A DNA stretch of 51,029 nt, filler included, from Bipalium vagum (Eukaryota), in NCBI GenBank assembly GCA_037834085.1. It is 3 parts of 3 records of this genome, joined end to end, with 100 filler letters (N's around TTAATTAATTAA, not from the genome) between each part and the next. Parts side by side here need not be neighbours in the genome. Positions count along the whole stretch, not along the records: positions 33,121 to 51,029 come from JBBMKC010046879.1; 2 more parts are not named here. One strand, written 5' to 3'. Made by a program: the position numbers and the translations under genes. Under the pieces are notes generated by a model. The model had not been told where the DNA came from and searched no databases. It saw only the letters and a list, made by a program, of their open reading frames with translations. Shown piece by piece: positions 34,635-47,500 of the stretch. Position 1 is the first letter of the stretch; the number at the start of each line of letters is the position of its first letter.

Positions 34635-37600
34635 CTGAAAAAGGATTTAAAATACAAAATAAATAGGAATATTATGAAATATAAAAAAATGGAAATGTTA
34701 TTTTTGATTCATCGTACAATTGTGCCAGACCTTTCACCTACTTATTATTATTTCTTCAAACATTTGGACTTCAGCGACAGAACCTTACCAAATGATAATG
34801 CTCTCATTAAAGCTCTTGAAGATTTTTTTATATGTAAAACTCCAAATTTTTATCGAATCAGGATAAATAACCTAGTGACTCGTTGGGAGAAATGTGTGTA
34901 GTGTAATGATTTCTATTTTGATAAAAGAAATTTTGTTAAACCTGTGAAAAATAAAATTATGATTCTTATGGAAAATATACATCTATAACGATTAACAAAC
35001 AAATGGTGAACAAGATTTCTATTTTTTCTTGAAACTAAAGAAAAGAATTAATGGTTGAAAGTGAGTAAAAATGTAATATAACCAATTAGTTATCTAGTAA
35101 AATATGAAGAAATTTTCTTACAGTCCAAAGTTAACATAAGGAACTTTGTCTAAAGGTAATTTGTACAAAATTAATTATATCAATTCAAGAAGGAATTAAG
35201 TTTGTGACGAAAAGAAATTAGTAAATCCCCATTTGTTTATAATTTAAATAATAAAGAATTAAAATATAGTTTCAAAAAAACATATTCAATAGTAAAATTG
35301 GTTACATTTACATTATCCATCGTGTATTCGTCAGCTTCCATCATTTCTACGTCTTCCAGATTTTCTTTATTAGTTGATATTGAATTGTCAAGTAATGTTG
35401 ATCTCTTTAAATAAATTAATGAACTGAAATTTGGAACTATTGTTGGTGCAGTGGTATCTGTTGTGGTGGAAGTTGAATTAGATGGTTTTCTTTGACGACG
35501 ATTAATTAAGGAATCTGTTTGATCGAATTTTTTCAACGAATCGTCCTTGTGACTACTTGTAATCGATTGTGGCAAAAAAGGAGTTGGAGAACTTGCAATT
35601 CTGGGAAGACTTACCAAATAATTCCGATTATTTCCAAAGAAATACCCTTCTCGTTTACAGTTGGGAAATACTAGCTTGAATGGACTAGGACTTGTATCAG
35701 CTGAACTTGTTACACATTTATAACATGGTTGTGTCGTGTTGTTTGTATTTTTCTGAAAATAAGACTTAAGTTTACTTAAAACATAGGTAATTCACTTCAT
35801 AAGATTTCTTTTATAAAAGAGCTTCGAAGATCGATCAGCAACACGTTAAATTTGATAATTAATCCAACTAATTTTATTTTAAAATTGTTACAGGAATGAT
35901 GACCACAAAATTTAGTAATTGGCATGAATTTCTATCAAAGATAATATTAAAGAAAGAGAAAAAACGACAGAAATAATTTTCTGTTATGTAAAGCAATTTT
36001 TTTTAAAAAGTTATTAGTTAATCAAAAGTATTCCTTATGAACAGTTGAAGAAAATGTGAAATTTTCATTTAGAGAAAAACAATAAAAACTTTATCAAATG
36101 CTGCTGCAATTTTTATTTTTTTATTATCATTAGATATTTATATATAGTTATGCTTTTTCCAAAATACGGTTCGCCTCATTTGCATAATGTTGATTAACAA
36201 AATTGGCAGATTGCAAGTCATAAATTGGCCTGGACGCCAATTGTCGGGTCTACACGGTAAATTTATTGCGTTTTATATAAATATCTATAAACTAGAATAT
36301 TTGTCGCTATGATGTCGTTAGATAAATATTCTACACAGTTTACAGTGTCATTTGCGGGTTAATAACAATTTTATCTACACACAGAATAGTTAAAATGACT
36401 TAAATAATATTTAATGACTCCGTTCTTTTAGCAAAAATTAGAGAACAAGCCGATTATACAATGAAATATGATATTTATTTTTAGCTCATATAAATATTAT
36501 GATTTAGCGCAGAACACAAAAATTTTCCACTAAATAATTTTTAAAAAATTCGTTTTAATAAAAACCCAATTGGTTTTTCTCGAAATATATTTGATTATTT
36601 ATAAAGTTTATTTTCTGTCTGTTACATGTCAAAATTGAAATTTAATAATTTTTTATTAAAAAAAAACTAATAAATCGATTATAGAAATCAATGTTTTTAA
36701 AAAATTATATATTGGTTTTTTCACCTTTTTAAAGTAAGTTCCCATTTAAATCAATTTTTGATATATACTATTAATTTATACACGGATTTAATTTATTTAA
36801 ATTTAATTTACACTGATTAATTTTAACACTGATAATACGGAAATACCAATAATAAGCAAAGAAAATTTTAAAGTTAACGACATTGAATACAGAAAAAAAA
36901 TTATTGATATTTTTTTAAAAATATTATTTAAAAAGATTTGCGAGAATATTAAAATATAAAATAATTCAGTTTAAACATTCAGAAAACTTTAAAACTTCTA
37001 AAATCATGAATTCAAGCTTTTTTTTGAAGATTTTTGAAAGTAAAATATAGAGAAAATTGTTGGATTGAGATGAAATATAAGGGAAAGAGGTTTTCCAGAA
37101 AATAACCAAGAATTCATAAAAGCATTATACCAATAGAACTTTTAAAAATCATCTGGTAAATAATAAGTGTTCTTAAAACGAATTAAAACTGTAAATGATT
37201 TATGAAAATATCTGTGAATTGGCACATGTTTGGAAACTGCTTCAACAGAGAAATATTGAAAATATACATGAGGGAAGTTCAATAAGTCTGTTAAAAATGA
37301 AATAAAGAATAATATACTTATACAAAGCAGTTTATTATTCGAAAAAATCTTCATACACTTATTATACCGCTATACATGTTTCTTTATTTCTTCTTTATAA
37401 ATTTTTCAAATCTTTTAAAATACGCATTTACTTTTCCTAAAGATGAAAAAATATTAAAATTAAAACGATTTTTCATAATAATAAATTTTTTAAATAATTC
37501 TTATTAATTCTGAACATGTATAACGGGTGACCAATGAAGAATGATAAATTTTTTAAATACATTATTTTTAAACTAAAAAAATTTAAATTTGAATTATTAA

Positions 37601-40600
37601 TTGATTTAATTTATACCAAGGTTTTTAATATCTTGTAAAATAAACATAGGCTATTTTTAACAATATTTTCTTTTAGATAATGACGTATGAGAGCTATGTA
37701 AGAAATGTAATAAAAACCAACTATGAAAATGGGAAAACATCGGAAGAAATTTATGAAGCTCTAGAAAAAACGGTACCAAAGTCCAATATTTATAGATAGA
37801 CTAAACTAATAAAAGAGGGAAAATCATTACTTTCTCGAAATTCCCCTGAACATCTAAGAACCATAAGAACGAAAACATTTATCAAAAAATTAACAGAAAC
37901 CTTACAAAAAACAAAAAAAGGAAATCAGCTAGAGAGTTAGCTTTAGATTTCAAATGTTTGAGAAACTATTGGAAATATTATATATAATGACTTAGGATTT
38001 AAGTGTCAGGAAAATAAAAGTTCCCTATCTATCTGAGTCCAAAATCAATAGACGAAAGATGTGCTCATGTTGGTTAAGAAAAAGATTAAGTAAACAAGCA
38101 GTGAACAAAATTATGTTTAGTGATGAAAAATCTTTTGATGCAGATGGTCAGTTTAATTCACACAACGACGTCGTTCATGCTGTATCTAGAAAAGATGCAA
38201 ATTTAAAAGGTGGGCTTTTTCCAAAGAGAAAATATCCTTTGAAAGTGATGGTATGTGTTGGACTGATATATCAGGATCCGACCAAACATGTATTCTTACC
38301 GACAAAAACATCTTTTGATACCAGATTTTATATATCAAATATGGAAGGGAGCTCATTGAAAGCGATTTCATATATCAGCAGGATGGTGCTAGCTGTCTCA
38401 GAAGCAAATAAACGATTGCGGCATTCAAAAAGACTGGTATTTCAATAATAGCTCCAAATCATTGGCCACCAAATTCACCAGATCTTAGTCCTCTTGATTA
38501 TTTCTTTTGGGATGAAGTATCAAAGAGACTGAAAACAAAAAAATTGAAAAATCGTACAAAACTGATTGAAAAAAATTAAAGAAACAATTGCAGAAATTCC
38601 ATTAAATATGATTCGCGAAGCCATCGATTCCTTTCGACAAAGAGTTTTGACCTTAGACAGGCATAAAGGAGGTTAAATATATTATATATATTATTATATA
38701 GTTAAATAAATTTTGGCTTTATTCTTTATTAAATATTTTTAATAGAGTTAATTTAACATTATTCTGTCTATGTCAAACGTCATTCAAAGAATTATCATTC
38801 TTTATTGGATACCCGCTATGTTTAATTTTTATCAATTATAATAGTAAATACTTAAACTCACATTGTCTTGATGACAATGGTATTAAAGGTATGTTAATAT
38901 TGTGATATACATATTTATCCAAAAGGTTTTTTCTAAATTACCACAAATAACTAATTAAAAATATTTTATTTTATTATGATGCTGATTTCCACAGATTTTT
39001 TATGAATTTAGTAATGACTTAATTTTATAAAAGTAGAAAAAACAACACCTTCAATATTTCTGTTAATGTAAAAAAAGAAAATAAGGCAAGTTGGAGTAAC
39101 TTAAGAAATTTTAATAATTGGCTTTAAACATTTTATTTTTTAACTCACAAAAAATAAAATTGAAAACGTATTGAAAAACTGAGTGATAAATGAAAAATGT
39201 CACTTTAAAATACAACTTTTATTAATTCTGTTGATATTTTATTAGTGGAATTTTATTGACAGGGGTATCTTGAGAATGAATAAATTCTACAATTTAAATA
39301 AATTTATGTTTTTTTATCAATGCAAATAAAACGAACTAAATTGTTAAAATTGCTCATGATTGTTATTAGATCAATAAGTGAGATAAGTAAGATTAAAACA
39401 ATAAATTCACGAATAATTAAATTAATTTCTATGAAGTGCAGGACACTTTAAGAATTATTAGATAAAAAATCTGAGAAAACTTTTTGAAAAACTAAGGAAG
39501 AGTACACGTTAAAGAAGACAATATTATTCTTAAATATAAAAAATATTTAACCAAGTTATAAAATTATTTTTAAATCGGTTATTTTATATTTTAGTAATTT
39601 TATATTTCAATATTATCCAGATTTTAAAATTAAATTGAAAAAGAGTACGGAAAATAGTTAGACAAAATTTATATTATAAATATAATAAATTAATAATTAT
39701 AAAACAGCAGAGATTAATTGGAATTGTCCCGGGTTTCAAAAATATTGAAATATTTTTATTTTTCATATGAACTTTCCCATTTAAAAATTAAATACACTTT
39801 AAAGAACAAAATATCTTCAGAACAATGATTTTTAAAGCATCTTAAAAATGTAACTGACAATTTAATCCATTCACTTACAGCACAAATAGTATCGGATTTA
39901 TTTGCTGAAACGATCTGACTCAAAGATGGATATCTTCGCTTCAATGGTACATGAATTTGGGAATTTGTGCGAATACTTGTGACTTCAGTTTGGCAGCTGA
40001 TAGATTTATGGGTTCTTATTAAAATTGGATGGTTATTAATGTTTCTTAAAACTGGATCGTAACTGGGTTGCGAATGACAACGAGTAAAAATAACAGATGA
40101 ATGGTCAGATGGTTTGATGGTCTTATTTGTGATAGTGGCACAACCAGATCGCTGAAAATATATTTGTTCATAAAACTATAATTATATTTCCAAATAAATA
40201 ATAAAGAAAATATATTTAACTTCTTTTCTAATCTGCATACATTAATTAAAAAATTTTCTTATTTTCCCCAATAATTCTATAGATGACCATCACACATTTC
40301 CGCTCAGTGGGTCATTTATAATTATATTTTGACAAACAGGATTAGCTCTTAAGCAACTCAGATGTTCTATTTGTTCATTACAACACAAGTGCTTTATTAT
40401 TAGAGTAGCATAACAAAAAGATTTCTTTTATATAAATGATGCACTGTCCATTTTTTTAGCAATAGTAAGAGAAAGATTTTCACTTAGAATAAGTATTTTA
40501 TAAAAGAATGGTAACAAAAAATATACGCACTGAAGTTATGAAACAAAAGATTTTGTGCTAATCATTAATCATTTTGTGTATCGCAAGGTTTCAATAATAA

Positions 40601-43600
40601 AATACATGACAAATCCTAATGATAAAAAATAATACTAGAAAACTGCCTAAAGTATTTGATGAATACAAAATATATAGGATGTTTTTCCCAATTTATAACA
40701 TGCTTTGAAATAATAAACTGAAAATATTTTATCAATTACTTCAATGACTCTTGAGTATCAAAAGAGTTTCTTTTATGTACAAAAAATAAATAAGAGTTAA
40801 ATGAAGATGAAAGAGAAAAAAGAAAGATTACAGGAAAGACAAGATAAATAAGTAGAAACCTATATATGTGAAAATCAAAATAAATGATTGATATCCTTTC
40901 ACGTGAATGAATAATTATCTCTATTAGCTATGAATAAAAATACAAAATATGAAATATTATGTTGTAAAATGATCGCAATTTTCGATTAAATATATTTTTT
41001 TTAAAAATATAATTATTTTACTCTTTACAGTGGATATTTTTCAGAATAAATACATAAAAAAGCAAAATATTCAGTTTATACAGTTTGATAATTTCAGATA
41101 AACAGAATTATTTTTTATTTAAGATACACATGTGATAAATCCTAAAAATCAATAGAAAAATGTAAATTAGAGAAAAGTATGATAAACTAAAATAAGAGAA
41201 TTTTTCTGTATAATTATTTTAATTAACTATGTCATAAATATATTAAGGACCAAAAGTTATTCTTATGATTAAAAATTGATTTTGCTTCCTACCCTTACAA
41301 AAATTTTATAATTATAAATCTTCAATATAAAAATAAATCATTAAATTTTACTTTCTAATATACTTAAAATTACCTATTAGGTCACATTAGAATAAAAATG
41401 AAAATATTTAATTACCTCTTACAAGAAATTAATTTGAAATGAAAAATTTTAAAATTCTTTAATTCAATTGCAATTAATTAAGTCTTTGTAATCTTTTTTA
41501 TTATAAATATTTTACTTAAAATTGATTTATTTTTAATCTTTATTATCTTACAATATGTGAAGAGAATGAAATCAATATTGAGTTATTGAAGCACAAAATT
41601 AGAATATCTTGTAAAAATAATTCTGAAAAATATGAACTAAATAACAATTTTTTTCCAATCTTTTAATCAAAAATCTTTGTTAAGTTAATCGATTATATTT
41701 TAAATACAAGAAATTTATTGTCTTTTACAGATTTTAATTTTCTTTCTTAAGATCATTTTCAACGAATCCATTTCAGTCTATCTTTATTTTAATTATTCTT
41801 ATAATATCTCTTATTTATAAGACAAAATTTTGGTCTTTATACTGTGTAGATTGAAAGTATCATTTAAACAAAGAATTATCCAATTTTTACCTCAGCTGAA
41901 AATATTGCTTCCAATAAATTAAGTAATGCTACAATTTTTTTAGTATGTCATAAAAATGAATTTATCATTAACAATTATTATAGAAATATATTATTGTTCA
42001 TGAGATAAATTTCTTTGTTTAAAGAATCTTTTATGTTTTACTTTTATGTTCTAAGAAATTAATTGAAAATATTTTTTTAAAAAAAGTAACTGTTTTATTT
42101 ATCTTTTTATTTTATTTTCAAACTAAATATTTACAATATATATTTCAGCTTCATTGAAAATTATGCATTTTCCTCCTTTGATAAATAACTATTGTCTTAT
42201 ACAATTATCAGTTACGAGGTTGGAAATAATTTTTTTTGCTATTGACTTAAAAAGCAAATAAATGATGTTACTAAAATAACAATACGGTATCTTATATTCT
42301 TCTTTCTAAGAGAATTTTGTAATTAATGATATTATAATATATTATAAAGGAAAAGGAATCTAATTTTCCATTAAATGTTTCTTGTTTTATATTAGTTGAT
42401 ATAAAAGGAATTTAAAAAATGAACGAAATCTATGTCAAAGAATTTTTAAACTCTTTCGTAACACTTCAATACTAAACGGAAATCTTCACACCTAACCCCG
42501 ATTAATTTTTTATTTTGTACAAATAATATGTACATCCTTTAGAAGTTAAATATTCAGTAAGAAAGAGAAGCCAGTATTAATTAAAATGTTAATTAAAAAT
42601 AAGCTGTATTTGTAGGATAAATTTAAAAGTTCATTAATTTTGCGAACATGTTTTGTACAATTTATTCATGAATATCAACTTATTTTAAAAAAAAACCCCC
42701 ACATCGAAATGATAATGATACAAATCTTAAATAAATAATTAATTCTTTGAGATTGATTGACAATCTCCCTGAATATCCAGACCTTAAGAACAAGAGTTTT
42801 CTATAGCCTAATTGGTCGTCTTTCAATTATCGTTACCATTTTTATAATTTTAAGCTTTCAACATAAAAATTCACACAGTTTACTTTTCTTTTGTTAAAAA
42901 CGATCACCAATTACAGAAAAAACAAACACTGAGATGTATGAGCAATAAAAGATATGATTATAAATATCAAAATCTCATCTGTGTAGGTCTAACATTATCA
43001 TACCTGACAATAGTCTATCAAGGTGTTCCTTTTTAAACATAAAATAAATTTATAAATCTTCCATTACAAAAAAACAATATTATATTTTTGTCCAGAAATA
43101 GAATTTAAAAAATCGTATTTTATCACACTTGAAAGGTCTGATAAAATCTATATTGAGTGCAATATATTTCAAATGCCATTTTATTTAAGTTATTTTTATA
43201 ATTAAAGTAGGTGGTTTAATTAAGTTCCAGAAAAATTGCAAAGGAAAGGTCATTTGAGAAGAATAACCAACATATCAGGTTTATGTAAAAATCAATATTT
43301 CAAATAATTAATAATATAATAAGATATGAATTAAATGTCTTGATTTTTTGAAAAATATCGATTTTTTTAATATATACCTTATAACCATTTTATGAAAAAT
43401 TCATTTTATTATAGTTTTAGAATGCAAAGATAAAATCCAACTTATGTATTATTATTACCATATTTTAAATTAATAATGTATTCGGCATTTATAAAAGTAT
43501 CCAATCAATAATTTTATTTTTTTAATTCTTGAGAAACTTTATTACCAAACAATTTAAAAGTTTGACCAATCGATGATTATTAAAATAATTAAATTTAACT

Positions 43601-44499
43601 GATTTACAAATAGAAAGAATCTTAATTAAATTTGGCTTTAATAATATTCCATAAATATCATAAATGAACTTTGCATTTAAAATAAACATAAAATAGCTGC
43701 CAACAATAATAATACCGGTTGACAATCAACTTGATTATTCTTATAATTACTTATAATATAAATTTACTATATAATAATTGTTATTATTATCATCATATTT
43801 TTCATTGCATTCAAATAAAAAATTTTAAATAACAGACTTTTTATTTTACTTATTTATCATTAAAATATTGTCTGATAACTTAATTCCCTCATTGACATAA
43901 GAAATACATAAAATGTAACAATTAATTAAAAAAAATAACCTGATTGGAATCCGGGGAGCAATTCGTATCAACCAGTAAGGATTGTTGAGAACATTCATGA
44001 AATCCTGATGATGTCACGGATTCGGATCTATGCATTGGAGATTCAATATCAGGAGACATTGAATAATCTGAGGTACTGGTATGAGGACTATTGGCTGACC
44101 TCGTGGAAATGAATGCTGATCTGAAAAGATAACAAATGGAATTTTTTATTTATATCCAAGTACGAAGGCCATATTTATTTTGGAAAAGAGAAAAATTACT
44201 GATTTTAAATTATCCATATTTCTCTATTTAAGAAACGATGAAAATTTCAACAATCTCTGTTAATAAATTAGTATTAGCACCGTCCTACCCACATCAAACC
44301 AAAGACTGCGGAGATCTCAAAGAAAATGATGGATACAGAAATCTAAGAGGAGTGTGAGCGGTGCGGCAAATCAAAGAAATTTGATGAAAATTAATGCATG
44401 AGAAAATTATATTTTTATTCAATAAATCACAATTCTCAAAAGAATTTAAATGCATGAAAATAATCTTGATTATTCAGATAATTTATTTTATTTTATAAA

Positions 44500-44531
<32 letters not shown>

Positions 44532-47500
44532 TTGTGTGATCATAAAACATTTATGTCAAATAAATAAGTAAAAACTACGAAAATTGTTTATAAAATTGGT
44601 ACTTCACATTAATTTTAATAATGCCAATATATAATTTCTTTACAAAATCAATATTTTGACGAATCAATAAATTGTTAGAAAACATAAAAAAGTTAATTTT
44701 TAAAAATATTTTATAAAGAAATTTACAATTGATTTCGAACAGGTAATCAATATCAACATCTAAGCCTTAAGCCTTGTGATGTTCATCTAGCCAAAAAGAA
44801 ACCGTTTGTTTAATACACAAAAATATTTTGAATAATTACAATGTTAAAGTTAAATGTTTCTTAATATATATATAAAACATTATTTCTTTAGCATTAAAAA
44901 GGAATCCTCTTTATATTTTTTTCGAGTTGATATCACTGTTTACTAATAAAAAGATTTTTCAGAAGCTCTTTATAAATATTTTGAAAATTAATTTTTATTT
45001 TATTAGATCCTCGGGTAATATTTTTTATTTTAAATAAACTTTTAAATTGTAATTCAATTTTAACATAGAATTTTCATTATTCATATTCTTGAGTCATTTA
45101 GAAATAAAGTAGGCCAGAAATCATTTTCTTTCTATCAAAACTATCCCCACAAGTATTAAATTGTACATCTTTTATACAATATTGAAAATGTCTAATTTTT
45201 CTTTGCTAAGATCGATATAAAAGAAAACCGAGAAATCTCCCTAATCATGCAAAAAAGATAATGGATTTTGAAGAGATCACAACGTGAATTAATCATGGAA
45301 ACACCATATGATAAACGATAATAAATTATCTATTCATCATTACATTGAAAGATAATCTGTGTTTCTGTTTCTTTCCTTCGAAATATTCAAAGTACAGATA
45401 TCCAGACAGAATCTAGGCAAATATAATTAGTAAGCAAAAGGAACAGACGTGGACACTAGTCTTATCCGAGATATTGCTGCAAATCATATTGCCGTTCAGT
45501 TGAAAACAATCAACACCTGGTTCTATGAAATATGTATGGTATAGATAATTGTACATATGATGAAGTTACTGACGTGTCACACTCACGTTTCTCCAATACG
45601 TCTTCTAACGAAGAACATTGCGATATATGAATATTGTATGTATAATATTAGTTGGGAAATTGGAAAATATTCGATAACTATTTGCCAAAACTGTTGTCAT
45701 GATGATATCAACGAAAACTAATAGAAAATATGATATTGTACAAGAATGCTTATTATTTATTAATTGTTAATGGGAAATAATAATACAAAATCTTTAATGC
45801 GGAAACGGATATTATGTTGAAAAACATATATATTGTTTATGTTCTTTACTTAATTCCATTATACAACATTCATTAAGAAAATAATAATAATTAGATTAAT
45901 ATTTGAGAATTATATTAATAATAGAAAAAATTAATGATAATTTTGAAACTTATAAAAAGATTTTTCGTCAGTTTCCAATGTCACTTTAATTTCAATTGTC
46001 TTAATACATTAGACATGAATATTCCTCATCTCAAAAAATATTTTTTGGTTTTCATTTTAGATATGTTAAATGTCTTTTATTAATTTAACTTTTTTATTTA
46101 ACATTAACAAAATTCTTATTTAAAATGTCGCCCATGAATCACAAAATCTTAAAAGTTCAAAGTCCGGGCTATTTAGGCGATTTCGAAAAAAACTAATAGT
46201 TCAAAATCAAATGATTAAATAAATATTATAATTATTATTAAATATTAAATATTATTATTATTATTAAAAAGATTCCAATTAATGCTGGTTAATGCTAATA
46301 ATAATAAATAATTTTTTGGAAAAACAATTTTTATATATCTCTCAAAAAATGGACAACGAATAAAAATTAATTAAGTTAGAAAGAAGAACATGTGAATCTT
46401 TTCATAATTTCTAAAAAAAATTAATGAACATGAATCCAAATATTAAAATTGGATTCCTTAATAAAAATGAAGATTATACGAAATGTTAAAAAATATTATT
46501 AAGCATCTTTATAATGAAAAATATTAATATATTAAAAAATTGGAATTTAAAAATAATTATTTTAAATATTTTTCAAAAATTTCATTAAATATAAGAATAT
46601 AAAACGGATTGAAAAGGACAATAAAGATGAAAATTGAAAATAACCAATTACAAAATAAGAGAAAAATTATTGTATAGTACCAATGTCAATTTTAAATTTC
46701 TTAAAAACAGAAGAAAAATGCATAAATGTAAGAGTAAATAATGAAAAACAATATAAAAGAAATACACAATTAACAATGGTAACACTAAAACCGGAATTAT
46801 TACGCACTTAAGTCAGCCAAAAACCAGAATTCTAAGCAGAATAATTTAAACAGAAGATCGAATAATAAATGAAATTCTTTTTTTTCTTTTCAAAAAAACG
46901 AAGAAACTAATAATGAATCTAACTTACATATCCAGGAAACACTGCTTTTTTCTACTTTAATACCAATGTACCTGATAATTATGTAAGCTCAATTTTTTCA
47001 TATTGATTTGTTCTTATTAGATTTTGAATGAAATTTTCATTTCTTCTGGTTTTCTGGACTCGCCAGTAATTTATTTCTCCGCAAATACAATCTCTCTCTG
47101 TGTTACATTGTCATAGTAACATGAGTAGAACATAATGTTTCTTTTCTCCAAATATCAGAAATCTTAGCATTTTGTAGATTTTTTTTAGAAAATATTACAT
47201 GGATAATTATTACTGAGTTGTTGGAAAAGGTTTCAAATTGTTAATAGAAAATCCAAATTTTTACATGAAAAAAAGAATGCAAAATATAAGACATGCATAT
47301 TCATAGTTGTCATTATTAATGTTCGTACCACATGACTGTTGCTCATCTTTGCAAACTCCAAAAATAATGAGAAATATTAAACTTACATTTATCTAACAAG
47401 TAAGGAAAATGATTCAATAACAAATTTCACATTTTATTTATTGAAAAAATTTCATGTGACAAACTTTGAAGAGGATTTACATGGTAATTTTCGATAATTA

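Noticed and set aside
42700-42960. Mariner element in FAM53 intron 4
   Set aside because: Only a weak PEYPDL-like trace is visible, which is too little to annotate.
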